Counted from the stretch's first letter, positions 36,767-45,655 are shown. The stretch: DNA of 64,000 nucleotides from an uncultured Acidobacteriota bacterium (GCA_963773905.1 CAVZDB010000008.1:147869-211868); one strand, 5' to 3'. Notes: generated from the letters alone by a model not told the origin. Made by a program: numbers and translations.

Positions 36767-37538
36767 CGTACTCGGTCGCGCCCGCCTCGCGCGCCAGCGC
36801 CAGAGTCTTCTCGTAGCCCCAGCCGACCTCGGCCGGCGCATGGGCGTCCGAGGAGAAGGTGACGGGGATGCGGGCCTTCAGGATCCGGCGGAGCAGACGG
36901 AGCTCGGGGTACGCCTCTCCGACGGGCTTGCGCAGCCCGGCCGAGGAGATCTCGACGGCGCAGCCCGATTCCCTCGCCGCCGCGATCGCGGCGTCCTCGG
37001 CCCCGACGCGGGGCGCCGGCGGCCGGTGGCCGTGCTTCTTGGGCAGGTCGAAGTGCGTGAGCACGTCGAAGAAGCGGGTCCGCGCGGCCATGGCGAGCAG
37101 CCGGTAGTACTCGTCGTACAACGCCTCGACGCCCTCGCGCGCGAACCGCGCGGGCGAGGCCGCGGGGTCGTCGATCCAGCCCCCGGCGACCCAGTGCACC
37201 GAGCCCAGCACGAGGTCCCAGTCCGCGCGTTTGAGCCACTCGGCGAGCTCCTCCTCGCGGCCCTCGGCGTAGTCGGCCTCGAGCCCGAGCCGGACCGCGA
37301 TCCGGCCCCGGAACTCCTCGCGCAGCTCCTGGACCTCGCGGATGTAATCGTCGAATTGATCCTCGCGCATCGCGAGCTTCGGGTCCCGTTCGGCTTTGGG
37401 CACGAAGTAGAGCGGAATGTGGTCCGTGAAGCCGATCTCGTGGAGGCCGCGCTCGATCGCGCGCAGGACGAAGTCTCTCGAGCTCCCACCTGCGTGGCCG
37501 CAGCGGAAGGTGTGGACGTGGTAGTCGGGAAGACGCAC
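36705..37538 (-). CDS. histidinol-phosphatase HisJ-family PHP-domain phosphoesterase
   Basis: Track ORF of 277 aa with a GTG start. Motifs: MRLPDYHVHTFRCGHA, GFTDHIP, LGSVHWV, FDVLTHFD, FSSDAHAP. The convergent 62-nt overlap with the GH1 gene is tolerated. Confidence 0.8.
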   Translation of the reverse strand: MRLPDYHVHTFRCGHAGGSSRDFVLRAIERGLHEIGFTDHIPLYFVPKAERDPKLAMREDQFDDYIREVQELREEFRGRIAVRLGLEADYAEGREEELAEWLKRADWDLVLGSVHWVAGGWIDDPAASPARFAREGVEALYDEYYRLLAMAARTRFFDVLTHFDLPKKHGHRPPAPRVGAEDAAIAAARESGCAVEISSAGLRKPVGEAYPELRLLRRILKARIPVTFSSDAHAPAEVGWGYEKTLALAREAGATEYVTFEKRRKLRHPLPLESPSP

Positions 37539-37600
37539 CCGGGAGTCGGAAGACGCACCAGGACTCGGGAAGACGCACCGAGGGTTCGGGAAGACGGGGG
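37523..37600. repeat. four tandem ~20-bp repeats that reiterate the hisJ-like start region
   Basis: agtcgggaagacgcacc (37523-39), agtcggaagacgcacc (37544-59), actcgggaagacgcacc (37563-79) and gttcgggaagacggggg (37584-600). On the coding strand each reads GGTGCGTCTTCC(C)GA, that is GTG plus the first codons. Confidence 0.8.
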
Positions 37601-37646
37601 AGCCGCGGAGGCCCTTCCATGCCCAGGATTATGAGGGGGTTGGCGC

Positions 37647-37669
37647 CTTCACGCGATCTTCACACGCCG
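37647..37669 (+). promoter_or_regulatory. PHO-box-like pair of 11-nt units (cTTCACgcgat cTTCACacgcc)
   Basis: TTCAC occurs at 37648 and 37659 (11-bp phase), 25-40 nt upstream of ATG 37688, in the divergent gap with the hisJ-like gene. Confidence 0.4.
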
Positions 37670-37687
37670 GCAGGAGCATTTCCGACC

Positions 37688-38059
37688 ATGAGCGATTTCG
37701 CGCACGCCGGTTCGTGTCTCTGCGCCGCGGAGCCCCTCCGTCCCGAGGGCTCCGTGCCGGTCTCGGGATTCTCCCTCGCGCTGCGGCTCGCCCCGAACGT
37801 CGAGCGCTACCGGTTCTCCTTCGCTCTGCGCGGCGAGATCGCGATGCCCGTTCACCTGGTCTTCGCCCCGGACGAGCGCGCGGCCGAGATCAAGGCGGGC
37901 GATCTGAAGGCCTATCGGGTCGAGGACGTCGACTCTCCGTGCGTGGCCCGCGAGCGCTGGCTCGCCTGGTGGCGGACCAGCCGGCCGCGGTCGACGCGTG
38001 CGTTCACGGGACCCCGCCGCACGGGACACGCGCCCCGTCTCATCGGGGCGACTCCCTAG
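37688..38059 (+). CDS. hypothetical protein (123 aa)
   Basis: This is the internal ATG of track ORF 37619..38059, with AGGAG 11 nt upstream. Third positions are GC-rich and the composition is protein-like (MSDFAHAGSCLC...RYRFSFALRGEIAMPVHLVFAPDERAAEIKAGDLKAYRVEDV). I recognise no family. The opposite-strand ORF looks like a GC artefact. Confidence 0.4.
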   Translation: MSDFAHAGSCLCAAEPLRPEGSVPVSGFSLALRLAPNVERYRFSFALRGEIAMPVHLVFAPDERAAEIKAGDLKAYRVEDVDSPCVARERWLAWWRTSRPRSTRAFTGPRRTGHAPRLIGATP

Positions 38060-38073
38060 GAGACACGCCCGCC

Positions 38074-38140
38074 GAGGGCGCGGCTTCACGTCGCGCTCCC
38101 GAGAGCGCGCGGCTTCACGTCGCGCTCCGGAGAGCGCGCA
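38074..38140. repeat. 2.4 tandem copies of a 27-29-bp hairpin-forming unit containing TTCACG
   Basis: gagggcgcggcttcacgtcgcgctccc / gagagcgcgcggcttcacgtcgcgctccg / gagagcgcgca. Each unit can fold as gagcgcg-(cggcttcacgt)-cgcgctc. Confidence 0.8.
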
Positions 38141-38231
38141 ACTTTACAGCGTCCTTACCTCCTTTTTCGCGCTTCCACTCCTCCTCTCCACGCCCGCTTC
38201 GCCGCGGACGCGGAGAATCCCTTCGTACGCG

Positions 38232-38942
38232 ATGCTGCTCTGTGACTTTCACATCCACACGACCTATTCCGACGGCGTTCTCCCCCTGTCCAAGGTCGTC
38301 GACCTCTTCGGACGCTCCGGCCACGACGTCATCGCGATCACCGACCACATCGTCAACCGCGACAGCGGGCTCGGCCGGATCGCGCACGGGATCCGTCACA
38401 GCCTGAACCCCGAAAGCTTCCAGCGCTACGCGGAGGAGATCGACCGCGAGGCGCGGCGGGCCTGGTCCACCTACGGGATGGTCGTGTTCCCCGGGGCCGA
38501 GATGACCCGCAACACGATCCACCGGGACACCTCGGTCCACGTCCTGGCGCTGGGGCTCGACGAGTTTCTGTCGGCCGACGGCGATCCGCTCGACATGCTC
38601 CGCGAGATCCGGGCCCGCGGCGCCGTCTCCGTCGCGTGCCACCCGCACGAGATGAGCGAGTGGTTCGCCAACACCTGGTACCTGTGGAACCGGCGCAAGA
38701 TCGCCGGGCCCCTCGTCGACCTGTGGGAGGTCGGCTGCCGCTGGGAGCTCTTCCCGGTGATCTCGCGCGAGAGCCTCCCGCACCTCGCCAACAGCGACTT
38801 CCATCGTCCCGAGCACCTCTACGCCTGGAAGACGCTGCTCAAGGCCGAGAAGAGCCGCGACGGAGTGCTGGCGGCCCTCAAGCGCGGCACCGGGATCGGC
38901 GTGCTGCGTCTCACTCCCGACGAGGCGGCGGCCATCGCATGA
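38232..38942 (+). CDS. PHP-domain metal-dependent phosphoesterase
   Basis: This is the internal ATG of track ORF 37998..38942; the upstream part is repeat sequence. Motifs: MLLCDFHIHTTYSDGVL, HDVIAITDH, VFPGAEMT, SVACHPHE, LANSDFH. There is an ATGA overlap with the next gene. Confidence 0.75.
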   Translation: MLLCDFHIHTTYSDGVLPLSKVVDLFGRSGHDVIAITDHIVNRDSGLGRIAHGIRHSLNPESFQRYAEEIDREARRAWSTYGMVVFPGAEMTRNTIHRDTSVHVLALGLDEFLSADGDPLDMLREIRARGAVSVACHPHEMSEWFANTWYLWNRRKIAGPLVDLWEVGCRWELFPVISRESLPHLANSDFHRPEHLYAWKTLLKAEKSRDGVLAALKRGTGIGVLRLTPDEAAAIA

Positions 38943-40155
38943 CCGCAGAGCTCTCCGCCCTGGGATACGCCGCGTTCGCGGGACTCGTCCTGTCCGTCGC
39001 GGCCTACGCGGCGTCGGCGGCGGCGCTGCTGGCCGCGCGTCGCCGGGCGAAGGGCGAGCCCGTTTCCGGCCGGCTGCCCGGCGTCTCGATCGTCAAGCCC
39101 CTCTGCGGCGTCGACGAGGGCCTCGAGGAGAACCTCGAGAGCTTCTTCCGGCTGGACTATCGCGAGGGCGAGGGCGAGGGGGCATCACCCGCTACCAGGT
39201 GGTCTTCTCGTTTGCGTCGGAGAAGGACCCGGCCTATCCGATCGCCCGGCGGGTCGCGGACCGGCACGTGGAGGTCCCGAGCGTCTTCGTCTTCGACGGC
39301 CGTGAGCCCGGCGGCAACGCGAAGGTGAACCGGCTGACGGCGGCCCTCCGCCACGCCCGCCACCGGCTGATCCTCTTCTCCGACGGCAACGTGCGCGTCC
39401 GGCCCGACTTCCTCCGCCGCGCCGTCTCGTGGTTCGAGAGGCCGGCGACGCCCGCCGCCGGCGAGCCTCGGAGCGTCGGGCTCGTCTCGCATCTGTTCCT
39501 GGCTCGCGGCGCGACGGGGATCGCCTCGCGGATCGAGACGCTGTACCTGAACGGCTGCCTGCAGGGCGGCACGGCGCTCCTCTCCGGGGCGCTGCGGATG
39601 CCGTGCGTCGTGGGCAAGTCGATTCTCGTGTCGCGGCGCGCGCTCGACGCGGTGGAGGGGATCGAGGCCCTTCGGGGTCACCTGGCGGAGGACTTCCTGC
39701 TCGGGCGCTCCGTCCGGAGGGCCGGGCTCGGCGTCGCGCTGTCGGCGGACTTCGTGGATACCTCCGAGGTGTGCAAGGGCGGCCGCGCCGTCTGGGCGCG
39801 CCACCGGAGGTGGGCGATGATGCGGCGGAGGCTGGGAGGACCCCTCTACGCGGGCGAGTTGCTCGCGCCGGCTCTGCCCTGGTTCCTCGTCACCGTCGCG
39901 GCCGCTCCGGCCGGGCCGCTCGCCGCCGCGGCCGCCGGCCTTCTCGCCGCGCGGTACTTCGCGGAGATCGGCGTGGGCGCGGTCCTCGGCCGGCGCCTGG
40001 ACGTTCGCGACGCGCTCCTGCTGCCCGTGCGGGACCTCGCGGTCTTCGCCGTGTTCTGCGCCGGGCTGACGGGCCGCCGCGTCGCCTGGCGCGGCCGCGC
40101 GATGCGCATCGGCCGGGAGACCCTGATCCTCGAGAACCCGGGGCGCGCGGCCTAG
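38939..40155 (+). pseudogene. GT2/GT21-like glycosyltransferase (ceramide glucosyltransferase-like); one frameshift
   Basis: The N-terminus is in track ORF 38636 (MTAELSALGYAAFAGLVLSV..., VSIVKPLCGVDEGLEENLESFFRLDY). The rest is track ORF 39199..40155 (YQVVFSFASEKDPAYP, NAKVNRL, LILFSDGNVRV, CVVGKSILVSRRAL, EDFLLG, HRRWAMMRR). The frames join if the G5 run at 39178-39182 is G6. Confidence 0.75.
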
Positions 40156-40161
40156 GGAGGC

Positions 40162-42286
40162 TTACAGCGCCGGGACGGCCTTCAGGCCCCGCCGCGCGAG
40201 CCGGTCGAGCAGGTCCTGCTGGGTGTCGGACTTCTCCTCGGAGCCGGGCTCGCGGCGCACGTAGGTCCCGTCCGTCTGGAGGTCGCGGGCGCGGCAGTTG
40301 TCGGTGGTGATCTTCTCGAGGACTTCCTGGCGGAGCTTCTCCCGGCACTTCTCGTCGAGGATCGGGGTCATGAGCTCCACGCGGCGATAGAAGTTGCGCG
40401 GCATCCAGTCGGCGCTCGAGATGTAGACCTCCTCCTCGCCGCCGTTGCCGAAGGAGAACACGCGGCTGTGCTCGAGGAAGCGGCCGACGACGCGCGGACG
40501 TGGATGTTCTCGGAGACTCCGGGCACGCCGGGGCGCAGGCAGCAGATGCCGCGGACCGACAGCTGGATCTGCGACGCCCGCCTGCGACGCGCGGTAGAGC
40601 GCGTCGATGACGTCGGCGTCGACCAGCGCGTTCATCTTGGCCGATGATGCGCGCCGGCTTGCCCGCGCGGGCGTGCTCCGCCTCGCGAGCGATAGGGCCA
40701 GGACCGTCTCGTGGAGGCCGAACGGCGCGACGACGAGCCGGCGGTACTTGCGTTTTCTTCGAGAAGCCGGTGAGGAAGTTGAAGAGCGCGGAGGCGTCCT
40801 GCGCCGAAGTCGGCCCGCGCGGTGAAGAGCCCGAGGTCGGTGTAGAGCCTGCGCGGTGGCGGAGTTGTAGTTGCCGGTCCGAGGTGGACGTAGCGGCGCA
40901 TCGTCGTGCCTTCGCGGCGCACGACGAGGGCGATCTTGGCGTGGGTCTTGAGGCCCGCGACGCCGTAGGCGACGTGCACGCCCGCGCGCTCGAGCGGCGC
41001 GCCCACTGGATGTTGTTCTCCTCGTCGAAGCGGGCCTTGAGCTCGACGAGGGCCGCGACCTGCTTGCCGTTCTCGGCCGCGCGCGCCAGGGCGCGCGACG
41101 ATGGGCGAGTCGCCGCCGGTGCGGTAGAGGGTCTGCTTGATCGCGAGCACGTCCGGGTCGTCGGCCGCGGTCTCGCAGGAACTGGACGACCGGCGCGAAC
41201 GAGTCGTACGGGTGGTGCAGGAGCACGTCGCCCTTGCGGATCGTCGTCGAAGACGTTCGCGGGCGACTCGAAGAGCGCACGCGAGCCCGGCGAGATACGC
41301 CGCGTCGCTTGAGCGCGGGCAGGTCGAGCTTCAGGACCGAGAGGAAGTCGGCCGCGCCGAGCGGGACCGTCGATCGCGTAGACGTCGCCGGGCTCCAGCT
41401 CGAGCTGCGTGCGCAGGAGCTCGCGGACCGCCTCGGGGCAGCGGGACTCGACTTCCAGGCGGATCGCCGCGCCGAAGCGCCGGCGCCGCACGTTCTCGAC
41501 GACGTTGCGCAGCAGGTCGCCGGCCTCGTCCTCGCGGATCTCGAAGTCGGCGTCACGCGTCACGCGGAACGCGGACGCGTTCAGGATCTCCATGCCCGGG
41601 AAGAGCCGCTCGAGGTGGGCGCTCGACGAGCTCCTCGAGGAGGACGAACTCGAGGTCCTTGCCGGCCGCTCCCGGGACCGGGACGAACCGCGAGAGCACG
41701 CGGGAACCTTGACCCGCGCGAAAGCGGCCTTCTTCTCCTTCTTTTCGGAGAGCTCGACCGCGAGCGACAGGGAGAGGTTCGACACGAACGGGAATGGGTG
41801 GGCCGGATCGAAGGCCAGGGGCGTGAGCACTGGATAGACGACGTTCTCGAAGAGGCCGTCGAGCTCCTTGCGGCGCTCGGGCTCGATCTCCTTCCAGCGG
41901 AGGACGCGGATGCCGGCCTCGGCGAGCTCGGGTTGCAGGTCCTCACGGAGGGTCCGCATCGCGTCGCCTGCGTCCCGTTCGACGATCTCGCGGATCAGGC
42001 GCAGCTGCTCGGGGGCGGAGAGCCCGTCGGCGCTGCGCTCGGTCACCGATGCCTCGAGCTGCTCGTGCAGTCCCGAGACCCGGATCATGAAGAACTCGTC
42101 GAGGTTGGAATGGAAGATCGCGAGGAACTTCAATCGCTCGAGCAGCGGCCAGGACGGATCCAGCGCCTCTTCGAGCACGCGTCGGTTGAACGCGAGCCAG
42201 GAGATCTCGCGGTTGAAGTACAGGGCGTGGTCTTCCAGACGGTCGTCCGGAGCCGGGGTCCCACCGATGAAGTGCACTTCGCTCAT
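40162..42286 (-). pseudogene. ppk1: polyphosphate kinase 1, disrupted by about 16 indels
   Basis: The N-terminus is intact (YFNREISWLAFNRRVLEEA, FLAIFHSNLDEFFMIRV). Downstream, GDVLLHHPYDSF, LAIKQTLYRTGGDSPIV, AENGKQVAALVELKARFDEENNIQWA, GVHVAYGVAGLKTHAKIALVVRRE, GTGNYNSATA, RLVVAPFGL, MNALVDADVIDALYRASQAGV, VGRFLEHSRVF and ISSADWMPRNFYRRVE alternate among all three frames (track ORFs 39890, 40162, 40632) between about 40490 and 41710. Confidence 0.9.
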
Positions 42287-42610
42287 GGGAATCGAAACAA
42301 GAGCGGGAAGGGTACCATCCCGGCCCGAGCAGGATGTAAAGACGGACCGGGGTTACGCCGCGGAGGCGGCGGCCGGCCGGGAATCGCGGATCTCGCCAAG
42401 CGCCCTATTTGCAGACGCTTGCGGATCTTACGACCAGGGCCGCAATTCCCGCCGCCCTCGCCGCCGCAGCGAGACCGGGGCGCCTGCCGCGCCAGGCTCG
42501 GGTTGCGCGCCGCGGCGCCCCGCTTCTTACGCGAACTTGACGTCGCTTCGCTACGAGCTTCACCGCGCGGCGTCACCTTTCGCGCACGGGTTCGCACGGC
42601 CCTTCCATCC

Positions 42611-42638
42611 GCCCCGAGAAATCGGGGCCCTTTTTTTT
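42611..42638 (+). terminator. canonical intrinsic terminator with no annotated upstream gene
   Basis: gccccga-GAAA-tcggggc (7-bp stem, GNRA loop, 42611-42628), then cc and T8 (42631-42638). It sits in the 450-bp ppk1 / kinase divergent gap. Confidence 0.5.
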
Positions 42639-42736
42639 GGCCCTCGACTTCCGAGCCCGCTCCTGCGGCTCGCGGCCTTGACAGGGCCGCTCGGGGTCGG
42701 GAGAGAATCGGGACAGGACAAGACAGGACACCAAAC

Positions 42737-44767
42737 GTGAGCTCATCGCGTCGCGGCTGGCAGTCCCCTTCCAGCGTTCTGCTCTCCCTGGCCGTTTTCG
42801 AGCTCGCGTTCACGCTCGCCTACCGGTTCGCGATGTCCTTCACCGCGACGGCGGCGGCGCCGCTGTGGTTCCCCGACGCGGTCGTCCTGTGCGCCCTCCT
42901 GGCGAACCCGCCCCGCCGCTGGTGGATGTACCTCCTCGCCCCGCTGCCCGTGCGCCTGCTGGTCGCGGTCGCGCCCGGCACGCCGGCGTGGTTTCTCCTG
43001 GCCACGTATGCGAACGATTCGCTGAAGGCGCTCCTCGCCGCCGCGATCCTCTGGCGGACGCTGCGGAACCCGGCGCGCTTCGAGTCGCTGCGCGACTTTC
43101 GGCTCTTCGCCGGCGCCGCGGTTCTCCTCGCTCCGGCGCTGTCCGCGTTCGGAGGCGCCGCGACCCGGCAGGCCCTGGGCAGTCCGTTCTGGCCGGCGTG
43201 GCAGCAGTGGTTCCTGGGCGATGCCCTCGCCAACCTGGTCCTCACGCCCGCGATCCTGTACTGGTTCCTGGCGGGCGACTGGTGGAGGCGCGCGCCGGCG
43301 CGCCGGATCGCCGAGGCGGCGGCCCTGGCGCTCGGTCTGATCGGCGTCGGCTACGTCGCGTTCAACGGCCGGCTCGCTCATCCCTACGACCTGCTGGTGA
43401 TGTTCTACGCGCCGGTCCCGTTTCTACTCTGGGCTGCGCTGCGCTTCGAGATCCGCGGCGCGTCCGGCGCGCTCTGCCTCATCAGCTCCTTCGCGGTCGA
43501 GGCCGCCTCGAGCCACCGCGGCCCGTACTTCGGGCCTTACCCGGAGCTGAGCCTCCTCTCGCTCCAGCTCTTCGTGATGGTGATCGGGCTCTCCATTCTG
43601 TTCCTCGCGGTGATGGTCGGCGAGCGCGACCGGGATGCGGTGACCCTGCACGCGGCGGAAGAGCGTTACCGGGAGGTCGTCAACACCCAGACGGATCTGG
43701 TGTGCCGCTACCTGCCCGACACCACCCTGACGTTCGTCAACGACGCGGTCTGCCGGTACTTCGGGAGGAGTCGGGGCGACCTCCTCGGACGCGGAAGTTC
43801 CTCGATCTCATCCCGGAGGGCTCGCGCGAGGCCGCGCGCCGCCCGGTGGCCGCGCTGACCGAGGCCTCGGGTCCCGTGACCAGCGAGTACGAGGTCGCCG
43901 CACCGGACGGGTCCGTGGGATGGCAGCACTGGGTCACCCATCCGGTCGTCGGACCGGACGGGCACGTGGCCGAGGTCCAGGGCATCGGCCGAGACATCAC
44001 CGACCGGAAGAAGGCCGAAGAGGCGCGGGAAATGCTCGCGCTCGCCTCGCGGCTCGCGCTCGTGGGGGAGATCACGGCGTCGATCGCGCACGAGATCAAC
44101 CAGCCCCTCGCGGCGATTCTGATCAACGCCGAGGCGGGCGGAGATGGCCCTGGCCTCGAGCTCCGTCGATCTCGACGAGCTCCGCCACGTCCTCGAGGAC
44201 ATCCGCAGGGACGATCTCCGGGCGAGCGAGGTCATCCGGCGCGTGCGGTCGCTGCTGCGCTCGCGCGCGCTCGAGATGCAGGACGTGGATCTCGACCGCC
44301 TCGCGGACGACGTCTGCGACATGGTCGCACCCGACGCCTCGCGGCGGGGCGTGACGCTGCTGCGCGAGCTCGAGCCGGGACTGGCCCTCGTGCGCGCCGA
44401 TCGGGTCCACGTCCAGCAGGCCCTGTTGAACCTGATCCTCAACGGGATGGACGCGATGGCCGAGACCGAGAGCGCGAAGCGCTGCCTCACGGTCGCGACG
44501 TCGCGGAAGCCGGACGGCGCGGTCGAGATCGCGGTGCGCGACGTCGGGCCGGGCCTCGAGCCGGAGGTCCTGCCTCGCCTCTTCGATTCCTTCTTCACGA
44601 CGAAGAAACACGGCATGGGCCTGGGCCTGTCCCTTTGCCGGTCGATCGCCGAGGCGCACGGCGGATGGGTCGTCGCGGAGAACAACGAGGGCGCCGGCGC
44701 GACGTTCCGATTCCGCATTCCGCCGAACCCCGGCGCGTCCGGGCCGATCCGCATCCCGCCCGCGTGA
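42737..44767 (+). pseudogene. MASE1-PAS sensor histidine kinase; two indels
   Basis: A GTG at 42737 lies in the frame of track ORF 41234. The polytopic N-terminal MASE1-like domain reads FELAFTLAYRFAMSF...LWFPDAVVLCALL...FLLWAALRF. PAS: YREVVNTQTDLVCRY...GWQHWVTHPV. HisKA: EITASIAHEINQPL. HATPase: LLNLILNGMDAM, DVGPG, GMGLGLSLCRSI. Frame switches occur near 43792 and 44140. Confidence 0.8.
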
Positions 44768-44814
44768 TGGGCCTGCTCGACCCGCCGAGCCGTCCCTGGG
44801 GCAGCGCGGTGAGG

Positions 44815-44845
44815 TTCCCACGGATTTAACATCCCTCGCTAGAAT
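44815..44845 (+). promoter_or_regulatory. possible Pho-type promoter (two weak 11-nt units + TAGAAT)
   Basis: TTCCC at 44815 and TTAAC at 44826 are in an 11-bp phase. TAGAAT is at 44840-44845, and AGGAGG at 44861-44866 precedes ATG 44873. Confidence 0.3.
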
Positions 44846-44872
44846 CGGCCGGGTCTCTCAAGGAGGTCGAAG

Positions 44873-45655
44873 ATGCGCGCGTCGTTCGTATGCGGGTTGT
44901 GGCCGATGGTGCTCGCCGGCGCGGCCCTCGGCGTGGGTTGCGCGACGGCGACGCCGGAGGGCGCGAAGGTCGAGGTCTACGAGGCGAACCTCAAGCTGCC
45001 GCCCGATTCGCGGAGGCTCCCGGACGGCTGCCGCCTGGTCCTGACGTCGGGTCCAGTCGACCAGATGGAGAGCGAGCGTCTCGTCACGGATCCGTATCGC
45101 ACGCAGCGCAACGACACCGCGGCGAAGGGCGGCAACGTGCTGCTGGTTCTCTCCGACCGCTACAAGACACTGAACAAGACCGAGTGCCCGCCGAGCGACA
45201 CGTCATTCGACTGCCAGAGCACGGCCCAGAACTGGTACCAGGTGATGTTCGAGTCCTACACGTGCGACGCGCCGTCTCTCGAGGCGCTCGCGGCCTTACA
45301 ACCCGCGACGACGGGCGTCGCCTCGTGGTGGCCATTCGGCAAGGAGAAGTCGAAGGCGGCGCCGGCCGCTGCGTCTGCTTCGCCGTCCGCGGCTTCCGCG
45401 CCGGCGCCGGCTCCGGCGCAGAGCGTCCAGCCTGCCGCCTCCGCTGCCGCCGTGGGGATCGCTCCGTCCGAGCTCAAGGCGAAGGTCCTCGTGCTCATGC
45501 GCGAGGGCGTCGGCACCGACGTGATCGTCGCCTACGTCAAGAGCAAGCCCGTGAGCGCTTCGCTCACCGCGGAGGAAATCCTCGACTGGAAAAAATCGGG
45601 GATTGCCGACTCCGTCATCGAAGCCGCGCTCGCTCAGGCGACGCCGGCGCGCTGA
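44873..45655 (+). CDS. hypothetical lipoprotein
   Basis: Track ORF of 260 aa. Lipobox LAGAALGVGC. A Cys-containing N-domain is followed by an Ala/Pro/Ser linker and a C-terminal helical module (LVLMREGVGTDVIVAYVKSK...EEILDWKKSGIADSVIEAAL). I recognise no family. Confidence 0.6.
   Translation: MRASFVCGLWPMVLAGAALGVGCATATPEGAKVEVYEANLKLPPDSRRLPDGCRLVLTSGPVDQMESERLVTDPYRTQRNDTAAKGGNVLLVLSDRYKTLNKTECPPSDTSFDCQSTAQNWYQVMFESYTCDAPSLEALAALQPATTGVASWWPFGKEKSKAAPAAASASPSAASAPAPAPAQSVQPAASAAAVGIAPSELKAKVLVLMREGVGTDVIVAYVKSKPVSASLTAEEILDWKKSGIADSVIEAALAQATPAR

Noticed and set aside
37523-38140. The tandem and inverted repeats (37523-37600, 38074-38140, the heptamer elements) as a possible CRISPR array.
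   Set aside because: There are only 2-4 units, with no unique spacers of regular length between them, units of 7-29 nt, and no cas genes anywhere in the window.
42678-42708. TTGACA (42678-42683) with GAGAAT (42703-42708) as the kinase promoter.
   Set aside because: The spacer would be 19 nt and the -10 is poor. It is mentioned in a finding but is too weak to list as a feature.
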